Translations under genes and position numbers: made by a program | Notes under the pieces: generated by a model | What the model saw: the letters and a program-made list of their open reading frames with translations, nothing else | The model's database searches: none | Told to the model about the DNA's origin: nothing | Source: a virus | Taxonomy: Duplodnaviria; Heunggongvirae; Uroviricota; Caudoviricetes | IMG/VR virus record: IMGVR_UViG_3300031760_000004 | Coordinates: 1 to 28,293 of that record | Strand: one strand, 5' to 3' | Length of the DNA stretch: 28,293 nucleotides | In this document: positions 16,721-24,900 of the stretch, in pieces | Layout of the letters: every line of letters starts with the position of its first letter | Position numbering within the stretch: the stretch's first letter is position 1

Positions 16721-18778
16721 ATGGCGTATGTGAACCCTGTAAACCCTGTAGGCGTAAACCCCGTCCTCGACCAGGAGCGCATTCCAGTTATCAAGGTCGT
16801 GAACGGCGACTCGTGGGTCGTCGACGCCAACCTCTACAACCCGTCGAACTACGAGCCGGCCACGGTGGAGAACACCAAGGTCGAGTTCATCCTGACCGAA
16901 AACAGGTTCACCAAGTACGCCTTCTGGATTGGGAAATGGATGGAGGGCGTCGTCCCTGACGAGCATATACCAGGCCTGGTACACGTCAAGGTGCCGAATG
17001 AAGTGTCGGCGTCGCTCAGGAGGGGCATATACGCCTTCTCGCTCAGGGTTACGGACTACCTAGACAAGGAGACCAAGACCGAGTTAACCGGGTACTTCCA
17101 GGTCGAGTACGAGCCCACTTCGGACACGCACGACATTCCATATAGACCCGGAAGCGGCGCCGATGGGCCGGTGATACCGCTGGTTCCGGGTGGTGAGCCG
17201 GGGAAGCAGGGGCCTACAGGAGATCAGGGAGAACAGGGAGAGCAGGGACCGACAGGGGAGCCTGGAGTTCCCGGAGAGCCCGGAGAGCCGGGTGAACCTG
17301 GCGAACAGGGCGAACAAGGTCCTACGGGAGAGTCTGGTGCCAGGGGCGCCACAGGTGAACAAGGTGAACCTGGAGAACCGGGAAAACCCGGCGCCGACGG
17401 GCTTAAGGGGCCCACGGGAGATGAAGGCCCTGTAGGTCCTGTAGGTCCCACAGGTCCTGCAGGTCTGCAAGGACCGACCGGGGACAAAGGCGTCGACGGG
17501 CTTCAGGGGCCAACTGGCGACGCCGGCGTAGACGGTCTTAAAGGACCTACAGGCGACAAGGGCGCAGACGGTACGCAGGGACCAACCGGAGACGCCGGCA
17601 TCAACGGTCTGCAAGGACCGACAGGCGACGCCGGGGCCAATGGGCTCCAAGGTCCAACAGGCGATAAGGGCACAGACGGGCTTCAGGGACCAACCGGCGA
17701 TCAGGGCATAGCAGGGTTACAAGGTCCTACCGGAGATGCTGGTGTAAATGGTCTTCAAGGTCCCACCGGCGACCAGGGTGTGGTCGGTCCTCAAGGCCCA
17801 ACCGGTGATCAGGGCATAGTAGGGTTACAAGGCCCAACAGGTGATCAAGGTGTTTCAGGACTGCAGGGTCCCACAGGAGATGCCGGCGTAAATGGTTTGC
17901 AGGGTCCCACAGGTGACCAAGGTGTTTCGGGGCTACAAGGACCAACAGGCGACCAGGGCGTGGTTGGGCTTCAGGGTCCAACTGGTGACAAGGGGCTTCC
18001 CGGCGATCCCGGTGAACTTACCGGCAAGCTCGACTCCGTCGCAGCCGCCCCGGATTTCTCCTCGTCCTCGACCTACTTCGTGGGCGATTACGTCACCTAC
18101 CTCGGCAGGCTCTACAAATGCACCGCCGCCGTGACCACGGCCTGGGACTGGACAGGTTCCACGAACTGGACGGAGGTTGACATGACCTCGCCTGACGCCA
18201 CGGTTGACATAACCAACGACGGGTTCCTGAGGGTCGTGTCCGCGGACGGGGAGATTCTGTGGGCCGAGGGCTACAACCTCTCCGAGGACAGCTCGGACTC
18301 CATGTCCAACTGGTCCGTGAAGGGCTACACTTTCGCGGCCAACGCTACTAGCGGAGTCTCATTGTCGTTACCGACGGCGATGGCAGGAAAGGTCGGAGAC
18401 TTCATACTCGACGTGACCAACCCGGCTCTTGACATGACTTCGCTGCCCACGGCCTTCAGCGATTCGGCCACCTACGCAGCTGGTGACATCGTGAGCTACG
18501 ACTCCAAGATATGGAGGTGCGTGGTCGCGGTCGAGACAGCGGGGGCTTGGACTGGCACGACAAACTGGGAGGAGGCGTGGCCATACATCACGCTGGCCCA
18601 GGTGACGGCTATGACGGCCTCTGTTGTGGTTCCGGCAGGCGAAGACTTGCAGGAAATGCTCACATTCGCTCCGGGGACGATGTGCGAGCTGTACTTCACC
18701 CAGACGGCGTTCAACGTGGACTCAAAGCCGACGTGGAAGGTGGTCAGGCAGGATGTGGAAAGCGGAGGCGCGTCATGA
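16721..18778 (+). CDS. Collagen-like fibre protein with two CBM5/12-like modules
   Basis: N-terminal globular anchor-like domain; about 92 uninterrupted Gly-X-Y triplets (17192-18019); two TY..GD.V.Y....(Y/W).C...W....NW modules. Confidence 0.8.
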   Translation: MAYVNPVNPVGVNPVLDQERIPVIKVVNGDSWVVDANLYNPSNYEPATVENTKVEFILTENRFTKYAFWIGKWMEGVVPDEHIPGLVHVKVPNEVSASLRRGIYAFSLRVTDYLDKETKTELTGYFQVEYEPTSDTHDIPYRPGSGADGPVIPLVPGGEPGKQGPTGDQGEQGEQGPTGEPGVPGEPGEPGEPGEQGEQGPTGESGARGATGEQGEPGEPGKPGADGLKGPTGDEGPVGPVGPTGPAGLQGPTGDKGVDGLQGPTGDAGVDGLKGPTGDKGADGTQGPTGDAGINGLQGPTGDAGANGLQGPTGDKGTDGLQGPTGDQGIAGLQGPTGDAGVNGLQGPTGDQGVVGPQGPTGDQGIVGLQGPTGDQGVSGLQGPTGDAGVNGLQGPTGDQGVSGLQGPTGDQGVVGLQGPTGDKGLPGDPGELTGKLDSVAAAPDFSSSSTYFVGDYVTYLGRLYKCTAAVTTAWDWTGSTNWTEVDMTSPDATVDITNDGFLRVVSADGEILWAEGYNLSEDSSDSMSNWSVKGYTFAANATSGVSLSLPTAMAGKVGDFILDVTNPALDMTSLPTAFSDSATYAAGDIVSYDSKIWRCVVAVETAGAWTGTTNWEEAWPYITLAQVTAMTASVVVPAGEDLQEMLTFAPGTMCELYFTQTAFNVDSKPTWKVVRQDVESGGAS
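17462..18001 (+). repeat. 15 x 36-bp (12-aa) collagen repeat array
   Basis: Unit GLQ-GPT-GD(K/A/Q)-Gxx repeated 15 times with heavy synonymous divergence. Confidence 0.95.
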
Positions 18779-20028
18779 TACCGAGAGTGCCTTACGATGC
18801 GGAGATAGAGTACCTGGAAGGTACCGGGACGCAGTGGATTGACACTGGCGTGCACGGCACAGAGACAACGAAAATAGAGGCTGGTATAAACCCATCGCAG
18901 GATTCAGGAATATCGGCCAAAATTTTTGGAGATTACTCCGGGGCTACTGCGTCCAGACGTCTTTACGGGGGAATATTGATAGGGGAGAACAAAAGAACAA
19001 TAGTATGTAAATATGGTGCTATAACTAAGCCTGTCTTTGGCACAGATGGGAATTATGTTCCGAAGGACGTAATCTCGCTTTTTAGGATGGGACCTACAGG
19101 CGTGAGTTGCGGAGAAACATTTTCGGCGTCATGGACCGCTTCGAATGTTTTTAGTACAGCGGCCACATTATACCTTTTCAAATATAATGGGCAGGCAGAC
19201 GCGAGCGCTTTTATCGGTAAAATGTATTTTTGTCAAATTTATATTAACTCCTCCCTCATCCTCGACCTCATCCCGGTCCGCATAGGCCAGACCGGCTACA
19301 TGTACGACCGTGTTACGAAAAGGCTCTTCGGCAACAAGGGCACCGGCTCGTTCGTCCTCGGCCCCGATGTGGCTAAACCCGTAATTGGGCTGTACGGGAT
19401 GAGGAAGTTCTACAGCACCACGGACTACATCCAGGACGGACTCGTGGCCATGTGGGACGGAATAAACAACACCGGTCACGGCCATGACCCGGAGGCCACG
19501 GTGTGGAAAGATTTGGTAGGAGATAGAGACTTTACCTTAAATGGCGCAGTTGTCGGTCAAGACAGTATTTCGTGGAACGGAAACTACCGTTCTTCGAGTT
19601 CCCACCAGCCGCCTAATTTCGTTCAAATGGAGATTCTTTTTAGGACAATTAGCGGGTATAGCTGGAAAGTGTGGTTTGGAGACTATGGTCATTCTGTATC
19701 ATCGTACTTTGGGGCGGTATTAGAATCAAAAACAGCACGGCAGGACAATAGCAGTTACAAATTTGGCGCGCTTGCAGTCTCCATACCATTGGTTGCACCG
19801 TCAGAATCCGGTAAAAGATGGGCTAATAAAATTTATGAAAAGAGTGTGTTAAAAAATATATCGGGCAACTTCAATTATGTTGGAACGGACTGGGCTGCCA
19901 ATACAATGCAGTTAGGGGGAGCTAGCGGATTGTCATTGAGATGCATTCGTCTTTACTCACGTTACCTATCAAACGCTGAAATCGCGCACAACTACGCCAT
20001 AGACAAAGCGAGGTTCAACCTGCCATGA
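18775..20028 (+). CDS. Two-domain ConA/LamG-like putative adhesin
   Basis: Start moved to the ATGA overlap at 18775. Domain 1 spans EYLEGTGTQWIDTG...MYDRVT..LFGN.GTG.F; domain 2 spans QDGLVAMWDG...CIRLYSR.LS.AEI..NY, a LamG-like ending. Confidence 0.6.
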   Translation: MIPRVPYDAEIEYLEGTGTQWIDTGVHGTETTKIEAGINPSQDSGISAKIFGDYSGATASRRLYGGILIGENKRTIVCKYGAITKPVFGTDGNYVPKDVISLFRMGPTGVSCGETFSASWTASNVFSTAATLYLFKYNGQADASAFIGKMYFCQIYINSSLILDLIPVRIGQTGYMYDRVTKRLFGNKGTGSFVLGPDVAKPVIGLYGMRKFYSTTDYIQDGLVAMWDGINNTGHGHDPEATVWKDLVGDRDFTLNGAVVGQDSISWNGNYRSSSSHQPPNFVQMEILFRTISGYSWKVWFGDYGHSVSSYFGAVLESKTARQDNSSYKFGALAVSIPLVAPSESGKRWANKIYEKSVLKNISGNFNYVGTDWAANTMQLGGASGLSLRCIRLYSRYLSNAEIAHNYAIDKARFNLP

Positions 20029-20774
20029 GTACTTTTGGAAAAATAGGGGCAAGACCTCTTCTGCTTAAGAACACCGGCGAATACGCGGAGGAACAGATGT
20101 ACAAGGAACTTTTCAAGGCTACTATAGAAAGAACTGGGATCGGGACGGGACATATGGACCTAGTTGGCATTGACATACAGTCCATTGGCAGACAAGCATA
20201 CTCATGGCACAGAAACATTGGTGAAATCAACCTGCCCAACGTGCTGTCAGTCGGCCAGCAGGCTTTCGACAGCGCCATAATCTACGGAAACATCAACCTT
20301 CCAAACTGCACGACAAGCGGGTACCGCATGTTCACAGAGGCGTACATGTATGGAGCCGAGGTGCACATGCCTTCGCTTGTGACTTCTTCTGGACAGGAGT
20401 TCTACCAGGCGCTTCAGTGGAGCCGTGTAAACACCTCCACAAGGGTGTCCATATACCTTGACTCTCTGTCGTCCATAGGCAACAGCATGTTCTACAACGC
20501 AACCGGGATGGCAAGGCTATACGCCCCAACGGTTACGTCGATATCTGGTGCAAGCGCGTTCCTGCTCGTCGGAAACAGTGCCTCGGCGGGGAACGTCGAG
20601 CTTGTGGTTGGCAGTAAAGATATGGACACCGGAATGACGATGGCCGGTCTTGTGGGGTCGAGCGGATTTCCATTTGGAGCCGCGGCGTCATCCAGGGTGA
20701 AGTGGACATGCAAGGACGGGACCGTGACCTACGACACCTCCACCTCGTCATGGGTGCAGACTCCGTACGCCTAG
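20025..20774 (+). CDS. BspA-like leucine-rich-repeat protein
   Basis: Repeats INLPNVLSVGQQAF, INLPNCTTSGYRMF, VHMPSLVTSSGQEF, IYLDSLSSIGNSMF and LYAPTVTSISGASAF. Confidence 0.7.
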   Translation: MSTFGKIGARPLLLKNTGEYAEEQMYKELFKATIERTGIGTGHMDLVGIDIQSIGRQAYSWHRNIGEINLPNVLSVGQQAFDSAIIYGNINLPNCTTSGYRMFTEAYMYGAEVHMPSLVTSSGQEFYQALQWSRVNTSTRVSIYLDSLSSIGNSMFYNATGMARLYAPTVTSISGASAFLLVGNSASAGNVELVVGSKDMDTGMTMAGLVGSSGFPFGAAASSRVKWTCKDGTVTYDTSTSSWVQTPYA

Positions 20775-20786
20775 AAGGGCTTTACC

Positions 20787-21368
20787 ATGAAGACAAATCA
20801 GCATTTCGCCAAACTAAACAACCGAATCCCCGAATACGCCCCGGTGCCGCTCAAGGTCGTCACGCACCACCACGAGGAATACGACGTCGATGTTCTCGAC
20901 CCCGAAACCGGCGAACCCACCGGCGAGACGGAGCATGTGGTTTCAGATTGGGACACCTGGGAGAGTAAACTGTTTCCAACAACAGAAGAGTACCTCAGGA
21001 TGGGGTGGCTCATCGTTGTTGATAAGGCCCCGAAGGCCGAGGAAGGCCATTCAGTCCGCAAGACCGGTTTTGCGGACGATATTGACGGCAAAATCGTCAT
21101 GGAGTATGAGCAGGTTCCACTTCCGCCCATGGTCCACACCTACAAGCGCTCATACCTCGCCCAGTGGATGAGGGCGAATGGCAAGTGGGACTCCTTCAAG
21201 GGGCTTCTGGGGCTGTCCGAGGACCTTGAATTCTTCTGGGAGACAAGCACCGAGTTCGACTCCAACCATCCGCAGTGGGGAACGGTCATGGCGGCTGTTA
21301 AGTCGGCCCTTGAACTGACGGACGAGGACATGGCCGAAATGCTTGAATACGGCGAAAGGGGAGCGTGA
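20787..21368 (+). CDS. Hypothetical, possible fibre-associated chaperone
   Basis: 193 aa; C-terminal W...EF...P......ALELT.E.M..ML pattern resembles small proteins found downstream of phage fibres. Confidence 0.5.
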   Translation: MKTNQHFAKLNNRIPEYAPVPLKVVTHHHEEYDVDVLDPETGEPTGETEHVVSDWDTWESKLFPTTEEYLRMGWLIVVDKAPKAEEGHSVRKTGFADDIDGKIVMEYEQVPLPPMVHTYKRSYLAQWMRANGKWDSFKGLLGLSEDLEFFWETSTEFDSNHPQWGTVMAAVKSALELTDEDMAEMLEYGERGA

Positions 21369-22069
21369 TGCTTATAGCCGGCAGGAATGGTATGGCGGTG
21401 AAGTTCCCACCGACCGCCAAGAACTATGTTCAGGATGGGTTGGTGGCGATGTGGGACGGCATTGAGAACGCCGGGTGGGGACAACATGATGCGAACGCGA
21501 CGGTGTGGAAGGACCTAATAGGTGATAACGACATAACACTCACGATGGGTGGCGGAAGCTGGGTTCAAAGCGGTGGGCTGTTCATTGCAAAATCGCCTAA
21601 AACCACGGGCGTTTTCAAAAGGAGCGAAACAACCTACAGGCAGATAGAGGTCGCAGGTGTAGAACTGACAGGAGATCTATCCTACAATAGACACATTCTG
21701 ATTTCGTTCGGCAGTACACATTCATTTGTTATCGGACAGAATAGGCTTGGGTTCATAGTGGCAAATAATGTAGTTGGTATTGAACCAACATATCCGGCGG
21801 TCAACAGGGCAAACATTCCGTTCTCCGTGTCGGTGTCATATACCAGCGGAAATCTACCAGACCCGAACGCCATGTATTATAACGGCGAGAAAAAGCAACA
21901 GGATGGGCAAAATATCCTTCTAGGAGGAGCATCTGGCGTATTTAACAATTACGGGAACTACCAAGCCGACGCCAATATCTTCTGTATCCGTCTCTACTCC
22001 CGCGCCCTGACCGCTGACGAAATCGCGGCCAACTACGCCGTGGACAAAATCCGCTTCAACCTGCCTTAG
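21368..22069 (+). CDS. Single-domain ConA/LamG-like putative adhesin
   Basis: QDGLVAMWDGIENAG...ATVWKDL and CIRLYSRALT..EI..NY.VDK.RFNLP; paralogue of domain 2 of 18775-20028. GTG 21365 is an alternative start. Confidence 0.6.
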   Translation: MLIAGRNGMAVKFPPTAKNYVQDGLVAMWDGIENAGWGQHDANATVWKDLIGDNDITLTMGGGSWVQSGGLFIAKSPKTTGVFKRSETTYRQIEVAGVELTGDLSYNRHILISFGSTHSFVIGQNRLGFIVANNVVGIEPTYPAVNRANIPFSVSVSYTSGNLPDPNAMYYNGEKKQQDGQNILLGGASGVFNNYGNYQADANIFCIRLYSRALTADEIAANYAVDKIRFNLP

Positions 22070-22089
22070 AAATGGTGTACAATTAAACC

Positions 22090-22332
22090 ATGGACAACCA
22101 AGCTTCAAACCCATCCACATCCAATGACTACCGCGGCAAGATCCGGGTCTTCGGGCGCAACATGCTCGCCGGCCCCCTATTCGAGTCGTCGGACGCCCAG
22201 ACGATCGTCATGTACGACGACAAGGGTTCGCCGTGCGTGCTGCTCGCCAGGCTCGTGGACAACACCTGGGCCATGGGGACTGTAGCCGACGAGGACTGGG
22301 AGAACGTGAAGCAGCGGTTCGGAGTGTACTGA
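22090..22332 (+). CDS. Small hypothetical protein
   Basis: 80-aa ORF with genome-like codon use; no SD; TACAAT ends 6 nt upstream of the ATG. Confidence 0.65.
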   Translation: MDNQASNPSTSNDYRGKIRVFGRNMLAGPLFESSDAQTIVMYDDKGSPCVLLARLVDNTWAMGTVADEDWENVKQRFGVY

Positions 22333-22398
22333 CCCCTTTTCCCAAATCCGGGAATAGTGTATACTAGTCTTTGTAAATAAAATCAAACCATAGATTCG

Positions 22399-22433
22399 CC
22401 GGCGGGGGTCTTTGGTGTTTTCTACCCCGCCGG
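22399..22433. repeat. Inverted repeat, 9-bp GC stem
   Basis: CCGGCGGGG (22399-22407) pairs with CCCCGCCGG (22425-22433), 17-nt loop, intergenic. Confidence 0.8.
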
Positions 22434-22467
22434 TGGGCCCCCGGGTGAAGGGCTTATTCATTTCACC

Positions 22468-22496
22468 TTCATACGCGAACCCTTTTTTGCTATAAT
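22468..22496 (+). promoter_or_regulatory. Sigma70-like promoter with extended -10
   Basis: TTCATA (22468-22473), 17-nt spacer, TG-C-TATAAT (22488-22496); SD GAGGAGG at 22501-22507 follows. Confidence 0.7.
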
Positions 22497-22515
22497 GGAT
22501 GAGGAGGGATTCAAA

Positions 22516-24888
22516 GTGGCTGACACAAAGGTGGTACCGTACAACTTGGGGCAGATACCGTTCGGAAAAAAGGTCTACACTTCCGACCAGGTCGACTACA
22601 TCGTCAAGAACGCCGGCCTTGACGTAGGCATCTACAAGTACAGGGGCACCGTGCATTCATACGATGACCTGCCGTGGCCTTTCGACTCCACTGATTCAAA
22701 CGACTCCCCGTCCGTAGGCGACGTGTACGACGTCGAGGAAGGCTACGAGGACAGCAACTACAGCATACCTCCGGGAACCAACTGGGCCTGGAACGGTGAG
22801 AGATGGGACCCGCTGTCAGGATCTCTCGCCGACTATCTGAGCAAGAAGGCCGCGGCGGAGACTTACGCCACCAAGACCGAGCTCGGTGACAAGGCGGATA
22901 AAGTCCCGAACGCAACAGCCGACAACTTCGCGGGCCTGGACGAGAATGGCAACCTCAAGGACAGCGGGAAGAAGGCCGGCGACTTCGCCACGGCAGAGCA
23001 GGGCGCAAAGGCTGACAGCGCGATACAGTCCGTCAAGGTCAACGGCACCGCCCTTACGCCGGACGCGCAGAAGGCCGTGGACATCCCAGCCGCGACAACC
23101 GGCGTGCGCGGCGTCGTGAAGCTCAACAACTACACTAACTCCACGTCCGTGACCGAGGCGGCCACGCCGAACGCCGTCAAGACGGCCATGGACAACGCCA
23201 ATGGCCGGGCGAGCCTGACCGAAGACAACGAGTTCTACGGCGCAAATACATTCAGAAGCGTCCCAGATGTAAAAACCACTGGTTTTACCAACATCATGTT
23301 TTTCAGAGTTGTGTATGACGAAAGCCTCGGAGACGACAGGTACGACCCAGTGTTCACCATGGACGACGTCTCGATGGTCTACCGCAGCTCGTGGGATTCT
23401 GAGCTGACAAGGGAATTTTTCCACGAGTTCTTCTCGGAGGCTTGCTGGAGGCTGCTGACTGACGGTGAGTGGCTTTTTGCGGGCAACCTTTCCGGCGCCT
23501 CGTTCTACGACGCCGTCGACGGATCTACCGAGACGTTCGAGGTTGCGACCGGCTATACTGACGAAGCCACGGGCGAGTGGGTGGAAGAGCAGTGGAAGAC
23601 GGCGTACATTGACTGGAGCGGCTCCCGCCTAGACCTTGATGTAAACGACCATGGTGGATACGGTGAGTCTACAGGTGTCGTGGTGGTACCTATGCGTGAA
23701 GCTGGGACTGCCGTCTGGATAGGCGATTTGAGATATCCGCTTTCGTTCGGCGTTAACGACGGCTACACCGGCCCGAAAGGCACTGTGACCATCGAGGGGT
23801 ATTCAGACTTCCAGTTTTATGACGAGTCCGGGTCGCCTATCGATGCGTCCCCTACCGACTATGAGTTCCCCGGCCTCAGGGCCAGTACCGACCCGTCGGA
23901 CCCGGCATACGATTTGCACTACGAAGAGTACCCCGACGAGTATGGCTGGCTGCCGGCGCTCGACACACGGCTGGCGACGATGGCCGATATTCCAGATGTT
24001 GAAGCGTCGGTGGCCGCGCACAACGACGACACGTCTGCGCACAATTTATTGTTTTCCGGCAAGCTCAACACATCACACAACACGGATGCGAACGCGCATA
24101 GCGCGCTTTTTTCCGCCGCGGCTCCACTGCCGCCAATTCGCGTTGGCAATTTGATGGACACTGGTGTGATTCGCTTTCCATGGATGCCATCAGGAGGTGT
24201 AGGAGGTGTATACTCCGTTACGATGAGGCCCGTTGATTTGGTGCTCACGGCTGGAAGATCGATTTTGATTTCGAAGCACACCACGACTCAAGGCATTGCA
24301 GTGCTGTCAGCCGCGGGGACATATATCGTGAATATTGGTCTTGATGCAAGCAGCAATGAGTATGTTGATGTTCTTGGCGCCTATTATCCCGGCGGCGTTA
24401 GCAATGCTCCGGTACGTAACGGTTTCAAGCTAGTTGACTTTTATCTTCCGGTTTCACTTTCTCCGAACGAATCCGACTCAGACAAGATGCGTGTTTTTCA
24501 AATAAGCGTGGCGACCGACCATTCAACCCCGGGAAACTCCGGCGGTACGTACACGTACACTACAAAAACGCTTCTGTCCATCCCGAGGTATATTCCGGAC
24601 ATGCCTCCTGTGACCGCCGATTCCGTGGTCTTGAACATGACGCTTGTGAAGATTCCGTGCGTGATTACATACTCCTTATACCGTACGTCATCATCCAGCA
24701 ACGCATGGAGGGTCATGAACTTCCAAGCCAACATGGATTCTCCGCTGTGGAAGCATGTTGACTACTCGTTCGTACATAACAACGCCTCTACCACTGTAAA
24801 CTATAGCTTCCCCAGCGCGGTGTACCGTCCCGAGCCTGACTGGACGCCCGTGCCAAGCTCGTATCTTGGAGACTTTTTTACTACTTAA
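22516..24888 (+). CDS. Mosaic tail fibre protein
   Basis: Start moved to GTG 22516 (SD GAGGAGG; ATG 22495 overlaps the -10 box). GVVKLNNYTNSTSVTEAATPNAVKTAMD matches the phage tail-fibre repeat; AHNDDTSAH and SHNTDANAH are His-type tail repeats; one DSN tract. Confidence 0.75.
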   Translation: MADTKVVPYNLGQIPFGKKVYTSDQVDYIVKNAGLDVGIYKYRGTVHSYDDLPWPFDSTDSNDSPSVGDVYDVEEGYEDSNYSIPPGTNWAWNGERWDPLSGSLADYLSKKAAAETYATKTELGDKADKVPNATADNFAGLDENGNLKDSGKKAGDFATAEQGAKADSAIQSVKVNGTALTPDAQKAVDIPAATTGVRGVVKLNNYTNSTSVTEAATPNAVKTAMDNANGRASLTEDNEFYGANTFRSVPDVKTTGFTNIMFFRVVYDESLGDDRYDPVFTMDDVSMVYRSSWDSELTREFFHEFFSEACWRLLTDGEWLFAGNLSGASFYDAVDGSTETFEVATGYTDEATGEWVEEQWKTAYIDWSGSRLDLDVNDHGGYGESTGVVVVPMREAGTAVWIGDLRYPLSFGVNDGYTGPKGTVTIEGYSDFQFYDESGSPIDASPTDYEFPGLRASTDPSDPAYDLHYEEYPDEYGWLPALDTRLATMADIPDVEASVAAHNDDTSAHNLLFSGKLNTSHNTDANAHSALFSAAAPLPPIRVGNLMDTGVIRFPWMPSGGVGGVYSVTMRPVDLVLTAGRSILISKHTTTQGIAVLSAAGTYIVNIGLDASSNEYVDVLGAYYPGGVSNAPVRNGFKLVDFYLPVSLSPNESDSDKMRVFQISVATDHSTPGNSGGTYTYTTKTLLSIPRYIPDMPPVTADSVVLNMTLVKIPCVITYSLYRTSSSSNAWRVMNFQANMDSPLWKHVDYSFVHNNASTTVNYSFPSAVYRPEPDWTPVPSSYLGDFFTT
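22684..22707 (+). repeat. In-frame DSN-type repeat, site 6
   Basis: GAC TCC ACT GAT TCA AAC GAC TCC = DSTDSNDS. Confidence 0.85.
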
Positions 24889-24900
24889 GGAGACATGAAC

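Noticed and set aside
18775-22069. DGR template and variable repeat pair between the two ConA-like domains
   Set aside because: Differences are spread over all bases rather than adenine-specific, identity is moderate, and no reverse transcriptase is visible in the window
22399-22433. Hairpin as a classical intrinsic terminator
   Set aside because: Loop is 17 nt and no U-tract follows directly on either strand; kept only as an inverted repeat and possible RNA element
22495-22515. ATG 22495 as start of the tail fibre
   Set aside because: It overlaps the TATAAT box and lies upstream of the GAGGAGG SD; in-frame GTG 22516 fits better
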